Of a DNA stretch of 64,000 nucleotides, positions 23,530 to 32,454 are shown piece after piece. Within the stretch, counting starts at the first letter, position 1. Every line of letters begins with the position of its first letter. Source of the DNA: Candidatus Omnitrophota bacterium (GTDB lineage: Bacteria > Omnitrophota > Gorgyraeia > Gygaellales > JAHJCI01). Position numbers and translations under genes: made by a program. Where the stretch lies: the NCBI GenBank assembly GCA_016783355.1, contig JADHWR010000001.1, positions 6,072 through 70,071 on the forward strand, given 5' to 3'. The notes below the pieces were generated by a model. That model was not told the origin of the DNA. It saw nothing but the letters and a program-made list of their open reading frames with translations, and searched no databases.

Positions 23530-24575
23530 CCTTCGATTCCTTTCAGTAAGGCATCGGAAATCCTATCCAAATCTCCATCCAGGATTGCTTCTAATTTATG
23601 GAGGGTTAAACCAATGCGATGGTCTGTCACGCGCTGACCAGGAAAATTATATGTGCGAATCTTCTCACTGCGTTCACCACTGCCCACCTGAGTTTTTCTT
23701 TCGGAAGAACGCAAACGTGCAGTCTTCTCTTTCTCTTTCTGGAGGAGCCTCGCTCTTAATACCCTTAAGGCCTTATTTTTGTTTTTTAACTGCGAGCGTT
23801 CATCCTGGCAAGTAACAACAATGCCTGAAAACAGGTGAGTAATCCTTACTGCTGAGTCGGTAGTATTTACGCTCTGACCGCCATGACCCCTGGAGCGGAA
23901 AACATCAATCTTTAAATCATCAGGTTTAATCTCTAATTCTATCTCCTTGGGCTCTTCCAAAACAACAACTGTTGCCGTAGAGGTGTGAATACGGCCGCCT
24001 GTTTCTGTCTGAGGGATGCGCTGAACACGATGAACACCACTTTCCCATTTAAGCCGATCATAGACTCCCCTCCCACGCACAGAAAATATAATCTCTTTAA
24101 ACCCTCCTAATTCTGTAGGATGAGATGAAAGTATCTCCACCGCCCAGCTTTTCTTGAGTGCATATTTCGTATACATTCGGTATAGATCTGCGCTAAACAG
24201 CCCTGCTTCATCGCCTCCTGTTCCTGCACGTATCTCTATAATAATATTTTTCTCTATCTTCTCTTTCTCTTTCTCCTGCAGCGAATCATTGAGTTTAGAT
24301 AAGCAATGCTGGTTTTTTTTCTCTAAATCTTCGATCTCGGAATTTATCAAAGAAAGAAACTCAGGTTCATGTTTCTCCCGAAGAAGATTAATAAGCTTTG
24401 AAATCTCTTTTTTTCTTTTTTTATATTCCCGAAAAAGATACACTATGGGAGAAAGAAGACTTAACTCTTTTGCATAAAGATTGTAGCTTTGGCGATCCGC
24501 AATCACCTCATGGCTACTCATTAATTGCTCTAATTCTTCGTAGCGCTTTTCTATCTCCTCAAATTTTTTATTCAT
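23526..24575 (-). CDS. prfA: Peptide chain release factor 1
   Basis: A 349 aa ORF with the GGQ motif ([17 protein letters not shown]) and PxT-region context. Confidence 0.93.
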   Translation of the reverse strand: MNKKFEEIEKRYEELEQLMSSHEVIADRQSYNLYAKELSLLSPIVYLFREYKKRKKEISKLINLLREKHEPEFLSLINSEIEDLEKKNQHCLSKLNDSLQEKEKEKIEKNIIIEIRAGTGGDEAGLFSADLYRMYTKYALKKSWAVEILSSHPTELGGFKEIIFSVRGRGVYDRLKWESGVHRVQRIPQTETGGRIHTSTATVVVLEEPKEIELEIKPDDLKIDVFRSRGHGGQSVNTTDSAVRITHLFSGIVVTCQDERSQLKNKNKALRVLRARLLQKEKEKTARLRSSERKTQVGSGERSEKIRTYNFPGQRVTDHRIGLTLHKLEAILDGDLDRISDALLKGIEG

Positions 24576-24777
24576 TTACTTTCTTTTTATATTTCTTCAT
24601 AAATTTCTCGACCCTCCCTGCAGAATCAAGAAATTTCTGCTTACCTGTAAAAAACGGATGACAGGCAGAACAAACCTCCACATGAATACTTGGTTTTGTC
24701 GAACGGGTATGTATGGTATTACCGCAAGAACAAACAATTGTACAATCTTGATATTTTGGATGAATCTTGTCTTTCAT
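24568..24777 (-). CDS. rpmE: 50S ribosomal protein L31
   Basis: A 69 aa ORF reading [11 protein letters not shown]...CSCGN...[10 protein letters not shown], the zinc-ribbon type of L31. Confidence 0.92.
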   Translation of the reverse strand: MKDKIHPKYQDCTIVCSCGNTIHTRSTKPSIHVEVCSACHPFFTGKQKFLDSAGRVEKFMKKYKKKVNE

Positions 24778-24965
24778 AATTCCCCCTTTCGTATAATCTG
24801 TCTATTAGCCTTGCTAAATTCCAATATACAAACCACAAATTACAAACAATATACAATTCCGAATACCAAAATTACAAACAGAACCTGAAGTCTTGGTCAT
24901 TGTGATTTTGGATTTGTGATTTGTTTGTGATTTGGAATTTGTAATTTCATCTTTCACCTTTCACC
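24778..24965 (-). promoter_or_regulatory. Low-complexity inverted tract between the rho stop and the rpmE start. Plus-strand CA-rich decamer repeats are followed by their TG-rich inverse
   Basis: ACAAATTACAAACA-type repeats at 24828-24880 face TTTGTGATTT-type repeats at 24899-24947. As minus-strand RNA the region directly after rho is C/A-rich and G-poor. Confidence 0.4.
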
Positions 24966-26267
24966 TTATTGGTTCATTGTATTTAAAAACTCCTTATTGT
25001 TCTTTGTCTTGGATAACTTCTCAATCAGTAACCCCATTGCCTCTACATTGTTTAACTCATTAAGGACCTTTCTTAAAATCCAAATCTTTTGTAACTGTTC
25101 GCCAGGAACAAGAAGCTCTTCATGGCGCGTATTGGACCTTTTAATATCGATTGCTGGATATATCCTTCTTTGAAATAAGCTTCTGTCTAATTGTAGCTCC
25201 ATATTGCCTGTTCCTTTAAACTCTTCGAATATTACCTCATCCATACGGCTGCCTGTATCTACTAAAGCAGTAGCAATTATTGTCAGACTCCCTCCTTCTT
25301 CCACTGTGCGTGCAGCTCCAAAAAAATGCTTGGGTTTCTGAAGAGCATTGGAATCTATACCGCCGGAAAGAACCCTGCCGCTGTGTGGAACAACTGCATT
25401 ATAAGCACGCGCAAGACGCGTGATACTGTCCAATAATATTACTACATCCTTTTTATGTTCGACCAATCTTTTGGCCTTTTCCAAAACCATCTCCGCTACC
25501 TGAACATGCCTCTCTGGCGGTTCATCAAAGGTAGATGAGATTACTTCACCTTTAATATTGCGCTCCATATCTGTAACCTCCTCGGGTCTTTCGTCGATTA
25601 AAAGAACGATTAAAATTGTCTCCGGATAATTACAAACGATTGCATTGCCAATCTTCTGCAATATAACTGTCTTGCCGCTGTAGGGAGGAGCAACAATCAA
25701 AGCCCGCTGTCCCCTACCAATAGGCGTAAGTAAATCCATAATACGAGTAGAAGCATCCTGGGGAGAATTTTCTAAAACAAAACGTTCATAGGGATATACC
25801 GGAGTAAGATTATCAAACAACACCCTATCTCTTGCTTCTTCAGGATGTCCGAAGTTAACAACTTCAATTTTAAGAAGGGCAAAGTATTTCTCTCCTTCTT
25901 TTGGTGGCCGGATTTGCCCGCTTACTGTATCGCCGGTTTTTAAATCGAATTTTCTGATTTGTGAAGGAGAGATATAAACATCATCCGGGCAAGGTAGATA
26001 ATTATAATTTGGAGAACGTAAAAAACCAAAGCCTTCTGGTAAAATCTCTAAAACCCCCTCCCCAAACATTAAGCCTTCCTTTTCTGCCTGTGCCTGGAGA
26101 ATTTTAAAAATAAGGTCTTGTTTTTTCAAGCCGCTTAATCCATTAACCTTAAGCTCCTTAGCAAGCTTGAGAAGCTGAGTAATCTTTAACTCCTGTAAAT
26201 GCTTGATATCTAATTTTTCTATCCTTTTATTTATGGCTTGTGTCTTTTCCATTTCTCCCCTCCTCAT
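24966..26267 (-). CDS. rho: Transcription termination factor Rho
   Basis: A 433 aa ORF with an N-terminal RNA-binding OB domain and the RecA-like ATPase motif [10 protein letters not shown]. Confidence 0.95.
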   Translation of the reverse strand: MRRGEMEKTQAINKRIEKLDIKHLQELKITQLLKLAKELKVNGLSGLKKQDLIFKILQAQAEKEGLMFGEGVLEILPEGFGFLRSPNYNYLPCPDDVYISPSQIRKFDLKTGDTVSGQIRPPKEGEKYFALLKIEVVNFGHPEEARDRVLFDNLTPVYPYERFVLENSPQDASTRIMDLLTPIGRGQRALIVAPPYSGKTVILQKIGNAIVCNYPETILIVLLIDERPEEVTDMERNIKGEVISSTFDEPPERHVQVAEMVLEKAKRLVEHKKDVVILLDSITRLARAYNAVVPHSGRVLSGGIDSNALQKPKHFFGAARTVEEGGSLTIIATALVDTGSRMDEVIFEEFKGTGNMELQLDRSLFQRRIYPAIDIKRSNTRHEELLVPGEQLQKIWILRKVLNELNNVEAMGLLIEKLSKTKNNKEFLNTMNQ

Positions 26268-26913
26268 TTAAAACATCCCAAATCATCTTAACCTGTTTTT
26301 TTGTCTCAGATTTCGTCCCACTATTATCAATAACAAAATCAGCTAAATTTAGCTTCTTTTTTAATGGCATCTGCAAATTTATGCGCTTTTTAATTTCCGA
26401 AAGGCAAAATCCCTTTTTTTTAAGGCGCAATTTTTGAATGTCTGACCTTGCCCTTACGGCAATTATCTTATCCACGATTCTCGCCAGTCCTGCTTCGATT
26501 AATAAGGGTGCATCAATTATAATAAACTTAAAATTTCGGGCCTGCTGAATCTGTATTTTAATTTCCTTAATTATTCCTGGATGCAGAATTTCGTTGAGCT
26601 TCTTTAGGGAATGCTTATTTCTGAAAGCACTCTTAGCTAACCTTTTTCGATTAATCTGTTGATTCCTGGAAAGTATCCTTTCCCCAAATGCCGCAAGAAC
26701 CCGCCTGTAAGCCCCGTTCGAAGTAAGGCGCCCAAGGCGACTGCCCCGCCAAATTCCGTGGCGGGGACTTCTAACGGGGTAAGCCTTTTTCTTGGGCTCG
26801 ATTAACTGATGCGCAATCCTATCTGCATCAATAATCTGAGCGCCTAATTGTTTAAAATAGTGCGCGCACGTCGTCTTCCCTGTGCCAAAACTGCCGGTAA
26901 TACCAACAATCAT
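26227..26913 (-). CDS. coaE: Dephospho-CoA kinase. The likely start is [15 protein letters not shown]. It carries an in-frame family-1 element
   Basis: P-loop [12 protein letters not shown] and CoaE family sequence. About 24 aa ([23 protein letters not shown]) are encoded by the inserted palindromic element. Confidence 0.85.
   Translation of the reverse strand: MIVGITGSFGTGKTTCAHYFKQLGAQIIDADRIAHQLIEPKKKAYPVRSPRHGIWRGSRLGRLTSNGAYRRVLAAFGERILSRNQQINRKRLAKSAFRNKHSLKKLNEILHPGIIKEIKIQIQQARNFKFIIIDAPLLIEAGLARIVDKIIAVRARSDIQKLRLKKKGFCLSEIKKRINLQMPLKKKLNLADFVIDNSGTKSETKKQVKMIWDVLNEEGRNGKDTSHK
26712..26779. mobile_element. Family-1 palindromic element (68 bp) inserted in frame in coaE
   Basis: Termini CCCCGTTCGAAGT...ACTTCTAACGGGG with an inner CCCCGCC...GGCGGGG hairpin. 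TAAG direct repeats flank both ends, and element plus 4 bp equals 72 bp, which is 24 codons. Confidence 0.7.
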
Positions 26914-28295
26914 TTTAAAAGGTGGTGGTAAAGCCCAATATAATTCCGGGCGGCAGTGGTCCAAGAAAAATTACAACCCATACCTCGCTTCATTAAAGAA
27001 AGCCGCCTGTTTTTATCTTTAAAAACTAAAAGCATCTCTTTGATCTTTGCCACGAGGGCCGATGGCGAATACTGATCAAAAATAAAACCATTCTTTTTAT
27101 CAATTGTATCAGTAAGGCCGCCTGTCTTAAAAACCAATGGAATTGTACCATATTTCAGGCTAATCATCTGCCCCAAGCCGCAGGGTTCGTATTTGGAAGG
27201 CATCAGGAATATGTCGCAGCCAGCATATATCTTATGAGCTAATACGTTGTCGAACTTAAGAAAGGTGCGTAACTTTTTAGGAAACTTTCTGGCTAATCTT
27301 TCTAAAATTCGGTGATAATTCAGCTCTCCTGTTCCCAGAATAACCAATTGAAGCGGAAGTGAACATATCTCCTCCATTGCCTCACTTAAGATATCAAAGC
27401 CCTTCTGCTGAGTGAGTCGAGAGACAATACCCAAAAGAGGAATATCGGACCTTGAAGGCAGCTTTGATAATTTGCATAGGGCCTCCTTATTTTTAACTTT
27501 GCCTTCAATATTGTCTTTGTCATAATTCTTGAGAATAAATTTATCGGTCTTTGGATTCCAAAGCTGATAATCTAAACCATTCAATATACCAAATAGATTA
27601 TCTCGCCGCCTGATCAAGACCCCTTCCAAGCCACAACCAAACTCCTTCGTTTGTATTTCTTTGGCATAAGTAGGACTTACTGTATTTATAGCGTCAGAAA
27701 AAACAATCCCGGCCTTTAATAGATTGACCTTACCGTAAAACTCCAATGCCTCCATATTAAAAAGCGACCAATCTAAGCCTAATTTAGGAAATTCCTCTTT
27801 ATTAAATAGTCCCTGATAGGCAAGATTATGAATTGTCAATAGTGTCTTTATTCCTTTATAAAATTCATCACCTTGAGCGGTTGTTTTTAAATATACGGGA
27901 ACAAGCGAACTCTGCCAGTCATGACAATGAAGTATCTGAGGCCTGAATTCTATTTCTTTTAAAAGTTTTAATGCCTCTCGGCAAAAATAAGAGAATCGGT
28001 TGAGATTATCGGGAAAGTCACCTTCTTTTTCTCCGTAGAGTCCTGGGCGATTAAAAAACTCTTCTTTCTTAATAAAATAAACCTTAATCTTTTTTCCTAT
28101 GGTTGTTGTAGAAATTTTCGAATTTAAGTCCTCAATTTTAAATCCTGCTGCCTTTGTCTTTTTGTAAAAGGGCATAATCACGATAATCTCATGTTTTAAT
28201 CTCTCCAAAGGCAAAGGCAGAGCCCCGACTACATCAGCAAGACCGCCGGTCTTGGCAAAAGGCACAACCTCTGATGCAAACATTGCGATTCTCAC
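26910..28295 (-). CDS. glgA: Glycogen synthase (ADP-glucose type)
   Basis: A 461 aa ORF reading MRIAMFASEVVPFAKTGGLADVVGALP, the GT5 GlgA N-terminal motif. Confidence 0.92.
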   Translation of the reverse strand: MRIAMFASEVVPFAKTGGLADVVGALPLPLERLKHEIIVIMPFYKKTKAAGFKIEDLNSKISTTTIGKKIKVYFIKKEEFFNRPGLYGEKEGDFPDNLNRFSYFCREALKLLKEIEFRPQILHCHDWQSSLVPVYLKTTAQGDEFYKGIKTLLTIHNLAYQGLFNKEEFPKLGLDWSLFNMEALEFYGKVNLLKAGIVFSDAINTVSPTYAKEIQTKEFGCGLEGVLIRRRDNLFGILNGLDYQLWNPKTDKFILKNYDKDNIEGKVKNKEALCKLSKLPSRSDIPLLGIVSRLTQQKGFDILSEAMEEICSLPLQLVILGTGELNYHRILERLARKFPKKLRTFLKFDNVLAHKIYAGCDIFLMPSKYEPCGLGQMISLKYGTIPLVFKTGGLTDTIDKKNGFIFDQYSPSALVAKIKEMLLVFKDKNRRLSLMKRGMGCNFSWTTAARNYIGLYHHLLK

Positions 28296-30964
28296 TTAAT
28301 CTCCTCCATCTCTAACCAATTCTTACCCTTCTTTATTACTACCTTTATGGGAACAGAAAGGGCTAAGGCATTCTCCATCTCATAAGATATCATCTCAATT
28401 GCCCTCTGCAATTGCCCGTTCGGTATCTCAAAAATAAGTTCATCGTGAATTTGCAGGAGGAGCTTCGCCGAAAGCGTTCTTTCCTCAATCTTCTGATATA
28501 TCTTAATCATCGCCATCTTAATTAAATCTGCTGCCGAGCCTTGGATGGATGAATTTACTGCCTGCCTTTCGGCAAATGCACGAACTGCGGCATTCTGATG
28601 ATTAATGTCAGGGAGATAGCGATGGCGACCTAAAATAGTTGTTACAAAATTGTCTTTTTTTGCCTTTTCAATCTGCCTGGCGATATAATCTTTTACTCTG
28701 GGATACCTTAAAAAATAGGCATCAATAAAGCGAGTTGCCTCCTCCCTTGAAATTCCTAATTCCCTTGCTAAACCAAAGGAAGATAGACCATAAATAATTC
28801 CAAAATTTATGCGCTTTGCTACTTCTCGCATCTGATCATTGACAATAGAATCCTCTGTGCCATAAACTAAAGAGGCAGTGGCACGATGTATGTCTTTGCC
28901 TTGCGAAAAAGCATCAATCAGCACCTTCTCGCCTGATAAATGTGCCAGAACCCTTAATTCTACCTGAGAATAATCAAAAGAGACCAAAAAATTATCCTCG
29001 CAACTCGTGATGAAAGCCTTTCGTATCTTGCGCCCTAACTCTGTCTTAATCGGTAGATTTTGCAAATTAGGATTAGAGGAGCTCAGTCTTCCCGTCTGTG
29101 TTCCTGTTTGATTGAAGAATGTATGAATGCGCAGGGTTTTTTTATCTGCCAGTTCCATTAAGGCATCGATATAAGTAGATTTTATTTTACAAAGCATACG
29201 ATATTCCAATAAAATTTTTGGTAAGGGATGCTGGCTTGCTAAGACAGCAAGAACCTCCTCATCGGTAGAGGCGCCTGTCTTTTTCTTTTTTATCACCGGC
29301 AGTTTTAATTTCTCAAAAAGAACCTGACGTAGCTGTAAGGGTGAGTTGATATTAAACGGCCCACCAGCAAGATGATAAATTTTACTGACCAGGCCTTTGC
29401 GCTTTTCTTCAATTTCAATGCCCAAGGCTTTAAGAAACTCTAAATCAAGCTTTATACCCTCTAATTCCATCTGCGCTAAAACAGGAATCAAGCGAATCTC
29501 TAAGTCGCAAAAGATGCGAAAGCTATCTTTAAGCTTTAGTTCTTTCTCTAAAACCGACTTAAGTGTTCCAATAACAACACAAACCTCAAGTGGACTTATC
29601 TTTCCTGCCCCGTTCGAAGTCCCCGCCGTAGGCGGGGCAGTCGCCCCGGGCGTCTTACTTCGAACGGGGCCTGCATCCAAAATTCTCTTCAGATAATCCC
29701 AGCACAGGCTCTCAAGACTATAATCAGACCGGGACGGATTCAAAAGATAAGCAGCAATCATCGTATCAAAACCTAACCCTTCTAGGGCGATATTATGCCG
29801 GGCTAATCGCAAAAAGATATCTTTTAGATTGTGGCCGATTTTCTTAATCTTTGGGTCTCTAAGGACAGGTTCAATGCTCTTTAAGGAGCCTTTCTCTAAT
29901 TCTAAAAAAGAATCACTCTCTGGAAGATAAACTGTCAACCCCTCCTCATTCATATAGAGAATCAACTCACCTGCCTGCCTAAACTGATCAATCCCGGCAA
30001 CCTGCCTGTTGGCACTTCGACGGAGTTTATCCCGAGCGAAGTCGAGGGACTCAGTGCTAGCACTCCGACTTCGCTCAGTGCCAACCCTGAGCTTGTCGAA
30101 GGGTTGCTCAGGTAAATCTTTAAGAAATTTTTTAAATTCTAACTCACGAAAGATTTCATAAAGATTTCTATAGTCAGGCTTCTTTATCTTTAAACTTTGC
30201 GCATCAAATTCTATATCTAAATCTGTCCTTAATTGTGCAAGATAATGACATAGTTTTATTTGCTCAATCTTTTCTTTCAAGCGAGAACGAAGCTTTTGTT
30301 CTTTTATCTGATCCAAATTCAATAAGAGATTTTCCAGAGACTTAAATTTATCCAGGAGCTTGGTGGCGGTCTTTTCTCCTATGCCAGGAACACCCGGGAT
30401 ATTATCAGCTGTATCTCCGGCAAGAGCAATAAAGTCAGCAATTCTGCCGGGTAAAAATCCGTATTGGCGCTTAACCCCTGCCACATCATAAATTATCTTT
30501 TTGTCTTTATGAGGATGCAGAACAATAACTCCCTCATCCACTAATTGCAAGATATCCTTATCAGCGCTGACAATCATTATTGTAAAATCCTTCTCTTTTG
30601 CCTTCCTGGTTAATGTCGCAATAACATCGTCTGCTTCAAAGCCCTCCTTCTCAAATATATTAATTCCAAAGGCCTTGATTATCTTTTTAATGTAAGGCAG
30701 TTGAGTCACTAAATCCGCAGGCATAGGAGGACGTTGTATCTTGTAACGCGCAAATTCTTTTTGGCGAAATGTGTGCCTTGAGACATCAAAACATACACCC
30801 ATATACTGCGGATTTATCTCTTTTAAAACCTTATTCAGAAAATTCACAAAGCCATAAATAGCATTGGTACAAAGACCGTAAGAGGTCGCAAGCCCCCTTA
30901 TGGCATAATAGGCGCGGTAACAGATGCCGTTGGCATCAATAAGTACTACTTGGGCTTTATCCAT
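28292..30964 (-). CDS. polA: DNA polymerase I (5'-3' exonuclease plus polymerase domains) carrying two different in-frame repeat insertions
   Basis: An 890 aa ORF with 5'-nuclease N-terminal sequence, Klenow-like motifs (..DYSQVELRVLAHLS.. ..QIHDELIFE..) and two inserted peptide segments that match the repeat families. Confidence 0.92.
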   Translation of the reverse strand: MDKAQVVLIDANGICYRAYYAIRGLATSYGLCTNAIYGFVNFLNKVLKEINPQYMGVCFDVSRHTFRQKEFARYKIQRPPMPADLVTQLPYIKKIIKAFGINIFEKEGFEADDVIATLTRKAKEKDFTIMIVSADKDILQLVDEGVIVLHPHKDKKIIYDVAGVKRQYGFLPGRIADFIALAGDTADNIPGVPGIGEKTATKLLDKFKSLENLLLNLDQIKEQKLRSRLKEKIEQIKLCHYLAQLRTDLDIEFDAQSLKIKKPDYRNLYEIFRELEFKKFLKDLPEQPFDKLRVGTERSRSASTESLDFARDKLRRSANRQVAGIDQFRQAGELILYMNEEGLTVYLPESDSFLELEKGSLKSIEPVLRDPKIKKIGHNLKDIFLRLARHNIALEGLGFDTMIAAYLLNPSRSDYSLESLCWDYLKRILDAGPVRSKTPGATAPPTAGTSNGAGKISPLEVCVVIGTLKSVLEKELKLKDSFRIFCDLEIRLIPVLAQMELEGIKLDLEFLKALGIEIEEKRKGLVSKIYHLAGGPFNINSPLQLRQVLFEKLKLPVIKKKKTGASTDEEVLAVLASQHPLPKILLEYRMLCKIKSTYIDALMELADKKTLRIHTFFNQTGTQTGRLSSSNPNLQNLPIKTELGRKIRKAFITSCEDNFLVSFDYSQVELRVLAHLSGEKVLIDAFSQGKDIHRATASLVYGTEDSIVNDQMREVAKRINFGIIYGLSSFGLARELGISREEATRFIDAYFLRYPRVKDYIARQIEKAKKDNFVTTILGRHRYLPDINHQNAAVRAFAERQAVNSSIQGSAADLIKMAMIKIYQKIEERTLSAKLLLQIHDELIFEIPNGQLQRAIEMISYEMENALALSVPIKVVIKKGKNWLEMEEIK
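29608..29669. mobile_element. Family-1 palindromic element (62 bp) inserted in frame in polA
   Basis: Perfect TIRs CCCCGTTCGAAGT / ACTTCGAACGGGG with an inner CCCCGCCGTAGGCGGGG hairpin. CCTG direct repeats sit at 29604-29607 and 29670-29673. The element encodes GPVRSKTPGATAPPTAGTSNGAG. Confidence 0.75.
30008..30113. repeat. Family-2 palindromic repeat (about 100 bp) inserted in frame in polA. It encodes DKLRVGTERSRSASTESLDFARDKLRRSANRQ
   Basis: Imperfect palindrome GAGCGAAGTCGAGGGACTCAGTGCTAGCACTCCGACTTCGCTC plus the CCTGAGCTTGTCGAAGGG core shared with the array at 31007-31198. Confidence 0.65.
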
Positions 30965-31006
30965 TTAGAAAATCAAGCATAAAATAAAAATAGGAATGGG
31001 TTGACA

Positions 31007-31198
31007 CCTCGACTTCGTCCCTCGACTTCGTCCCTCGACTTCGTCCCTCGACTTCGTCCCTCGACTTCGCTCGGGACGACCCTGAGCTTGTCGAAGGGTC
31101 GCTCGGGACGACCCTGAGCTTGTCGAAGGGTCGCTCGGGACGACCCTGAGCTTGTTGTCGAAGGGTCGCTCAGTGTCAATCCTGAGCTTGTCGAACGG
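31007..31198. repeat. Tandem array of family-2 units upstream of polA: five copies of a 13 bp unit then three copies of a 32 bp unit. This is not a CRISPR array
   Basis: CCTCGACTTCGTC appears five times. CGGGACGACCCTGAGCTTGTCGAAGGGTCGCT appears three times, followed by a partial CCTGAGCTTGTCGAACGG. There are no unique spacers. The array generates the spurious 68 aa ORF at 30973-31179. Confidence 0.8.
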
Positions 31199-31207
31199 AT
31201 TGAATTA

Positions 31208-32152
31208 TTAGTTTTTAGGGGTTAATTCCGTGGCTATCTTTTCTAAAGTCTGCTTTGCAGTTACAATATCATCCTGCTCATAGAATCTGATCGCATCTTG
31301 AAACTTGGCCTGCATAATAGCGATGTGTTCTTGTTTTTGTTTTTCTTTAATCTCTTTATTTATTTTATCTATTAAGGTCAAAAATGAGTCTCTGTCTGAC
31401 GGGTCCAAAGAAATGGCTAACACCAGTGCATTTTTTGCTTCCTCTATTTTGTGCTCTTCATATAAATCATCAGCCAGTTCCTTAAGTTTTTGAATCTCTT
31501 TTAACTCTGTTAATCTGACTGCCTTTTTATGAATGGCGAGCTCACGCACTAAACTAAGCGTCTCTTCCTCTATCAACTCCTGCTGAAGAGAAGGCTGAGT
31601 CTCTGCGATGGCCTGGCGTCTGCGTTTCGCCCACTCCACCCAAGACTCACCGGGAATTCCCAATTCTATACGTTTTTTCCAATAATCAAAAGCCTTCTTT
31701 AGTTCTCTTTTTTGCTCATAAAGCATAGCTAAATTTGAATATAAATTATGATACTGGGGATTTAATTTTAGTCCAACTAAATAAATCTTCTCTGCCCTAT
31801 CAAGTAAACCCTTGGCCTCAAACATAATTCCTAAATCATTGTAAGCAATAACATAAGCAGGGTCTAACTCAATTGCCTTCTGATAACAGACTGTGGCACT
31901 ATCTAAATCACCGCGCTGCTGAAACTGCAAACCTTGACTTCGAAGAAGACGTGCCTCTTTTTGAAAAGTAGTTTGTTTCTGCGCAAAAAGTGAGGTTGGG
32001 AAACAGAATAAGTTAATTGTTATAAATAAATTAATTGCTACAAAAGAGATAATTCCCTTTGTAAACCCCGTTCGAAATTCCTCCAATCTTTGCTTAAGGC
32101 TTAATGATACATAAGTAGCCGAGGCTTTTGAATCTATCTTAAATCTATGCAT
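31208..32152 (-). CDS. TPR-repeat protein with an N-terminal transmembrane/signal segment. The annotated start codon lies inside family-1 element A
   Basis: A 314 aa ORF with a hydrophobic segment (IISFVAINLFITINLFCF) and several TPR-like helices (AYNDLGIMFEAKG...). Confidence 0.7.
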   Translation of the reverse strand: MHRFKIDSKASATYVSLSLKQRLEEFRTGFTKGIISFVAINLFITINLFCFPTSLFAQKQTTFQKEARLLRSQGLQFQQRGDLDSATVCYQKAIELDPAYVIAYNDLGIMFEAKGLLDRAEKIYLVGLKLNPQYHNLYSNLAMLYEQKRELKKAFDYWKKRIELGIPGESWVEWAKRRRQAIAETQPSLQQELIEEETLSLVRELAIHKKAVRLTELKEIQKLKELADDLYEEHKIEEAKNALVLAISLDPSDRDSFLTLIDKINKEIKEKQKQEHIAIMQAKFQDAIRFYEQDDIVTAKQTLEKIATELTPKN

Positions 32153-32171
32153 ATCTAAATTTCGAACGGGG
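32046..32171. mobile_element. Family-1 element A (126 bp) with perfect 13 bp TIRs. TAAA flanks it on both sides
   Basis: CCCCGTTCGAAAT at 32046-32058 and ATTTCGAACGGGG at 32159-32171. TAAA is at 32042-32045 and at 32172-32175. Confidence 0.65.
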
Positions 32172-32433
32172 TAAACCCCGTTCGAAATAGGAAACGCTTT
32201 AATCTATCGTTCAAATAGCGTTTACCCTTTCCAGACTTCAGGTGTTTTTCTCTACTCATTGCATCATATTTATTTAGACAGGCTTCATAATAAATAAGCT
32301 TAAAGGGGCCTCTATTCTTAGTAGAAGACACCTTTCCTGAATTATGCTCACTAAAGCGTTTCCGTAAATCATTCGTTAAGCCTGTATACCATTTTTTATC
32401 TTTCTGGCTTTGAATTACATAAACATAATGCAT
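32155..32433 (-). CDS. Small GIY-YIG (URI-domain, UPF0213/YhbQ-like) nuclease, 92 aa
   Basis: MHYVYVIQSQKDKKWYTGLTNDLRKRFSEHNSG... shows the GIY...YIG spacing, the conserved Arg, and Glu in YYEAC. The last 9 codons (RTGFTPFEI) are read from TIR sequence. Confidence 0.8.
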   Translation of the reverse strand: MHYVYVIQSQKDKKWYTGLTNDLRKRFSEHNSGKVSSTKNRGPFKLIYYEACLNKYDAMSREKHLKSGKGKRYLNDRLKRFLFRTGFTPFEI

Positions 32434-32454
32434 TGCTTGTTATTTCGAACGGGG
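32176..32454. mobile_element. Family-1 element B (279 bp). Perfect 14 bp TIRs enclose a complete GIY-YIG nuclease ORF, and TAAA direct repeats flank both ends
   Basis: CCCCGTTCGAAATA at 32176-32189 and its inverse TATTTCGAACGGGG at 32441-32454. TAAA is at 32172-32175 and 32455-32458. The GIY-YIG ORF (32155-32433) starts 21 bp inside the right TIR boundary. Confidence 0.6.

Noticed and set aside
30973-31179. A 68 aa ORF (MTLSDPSTTSSGSSRATLRQAQGRPERPFDKLRV...)
   Set aside because: It lies entirely within the family-2 tandem repeat array. The translation is low-complexity repeat read-through, not a gene.
31007-31198. Possible CRISPR array
   Set aside because: The repeats are contiguous, with no spacers. 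There are two different unit lengths. No cas genes are present.
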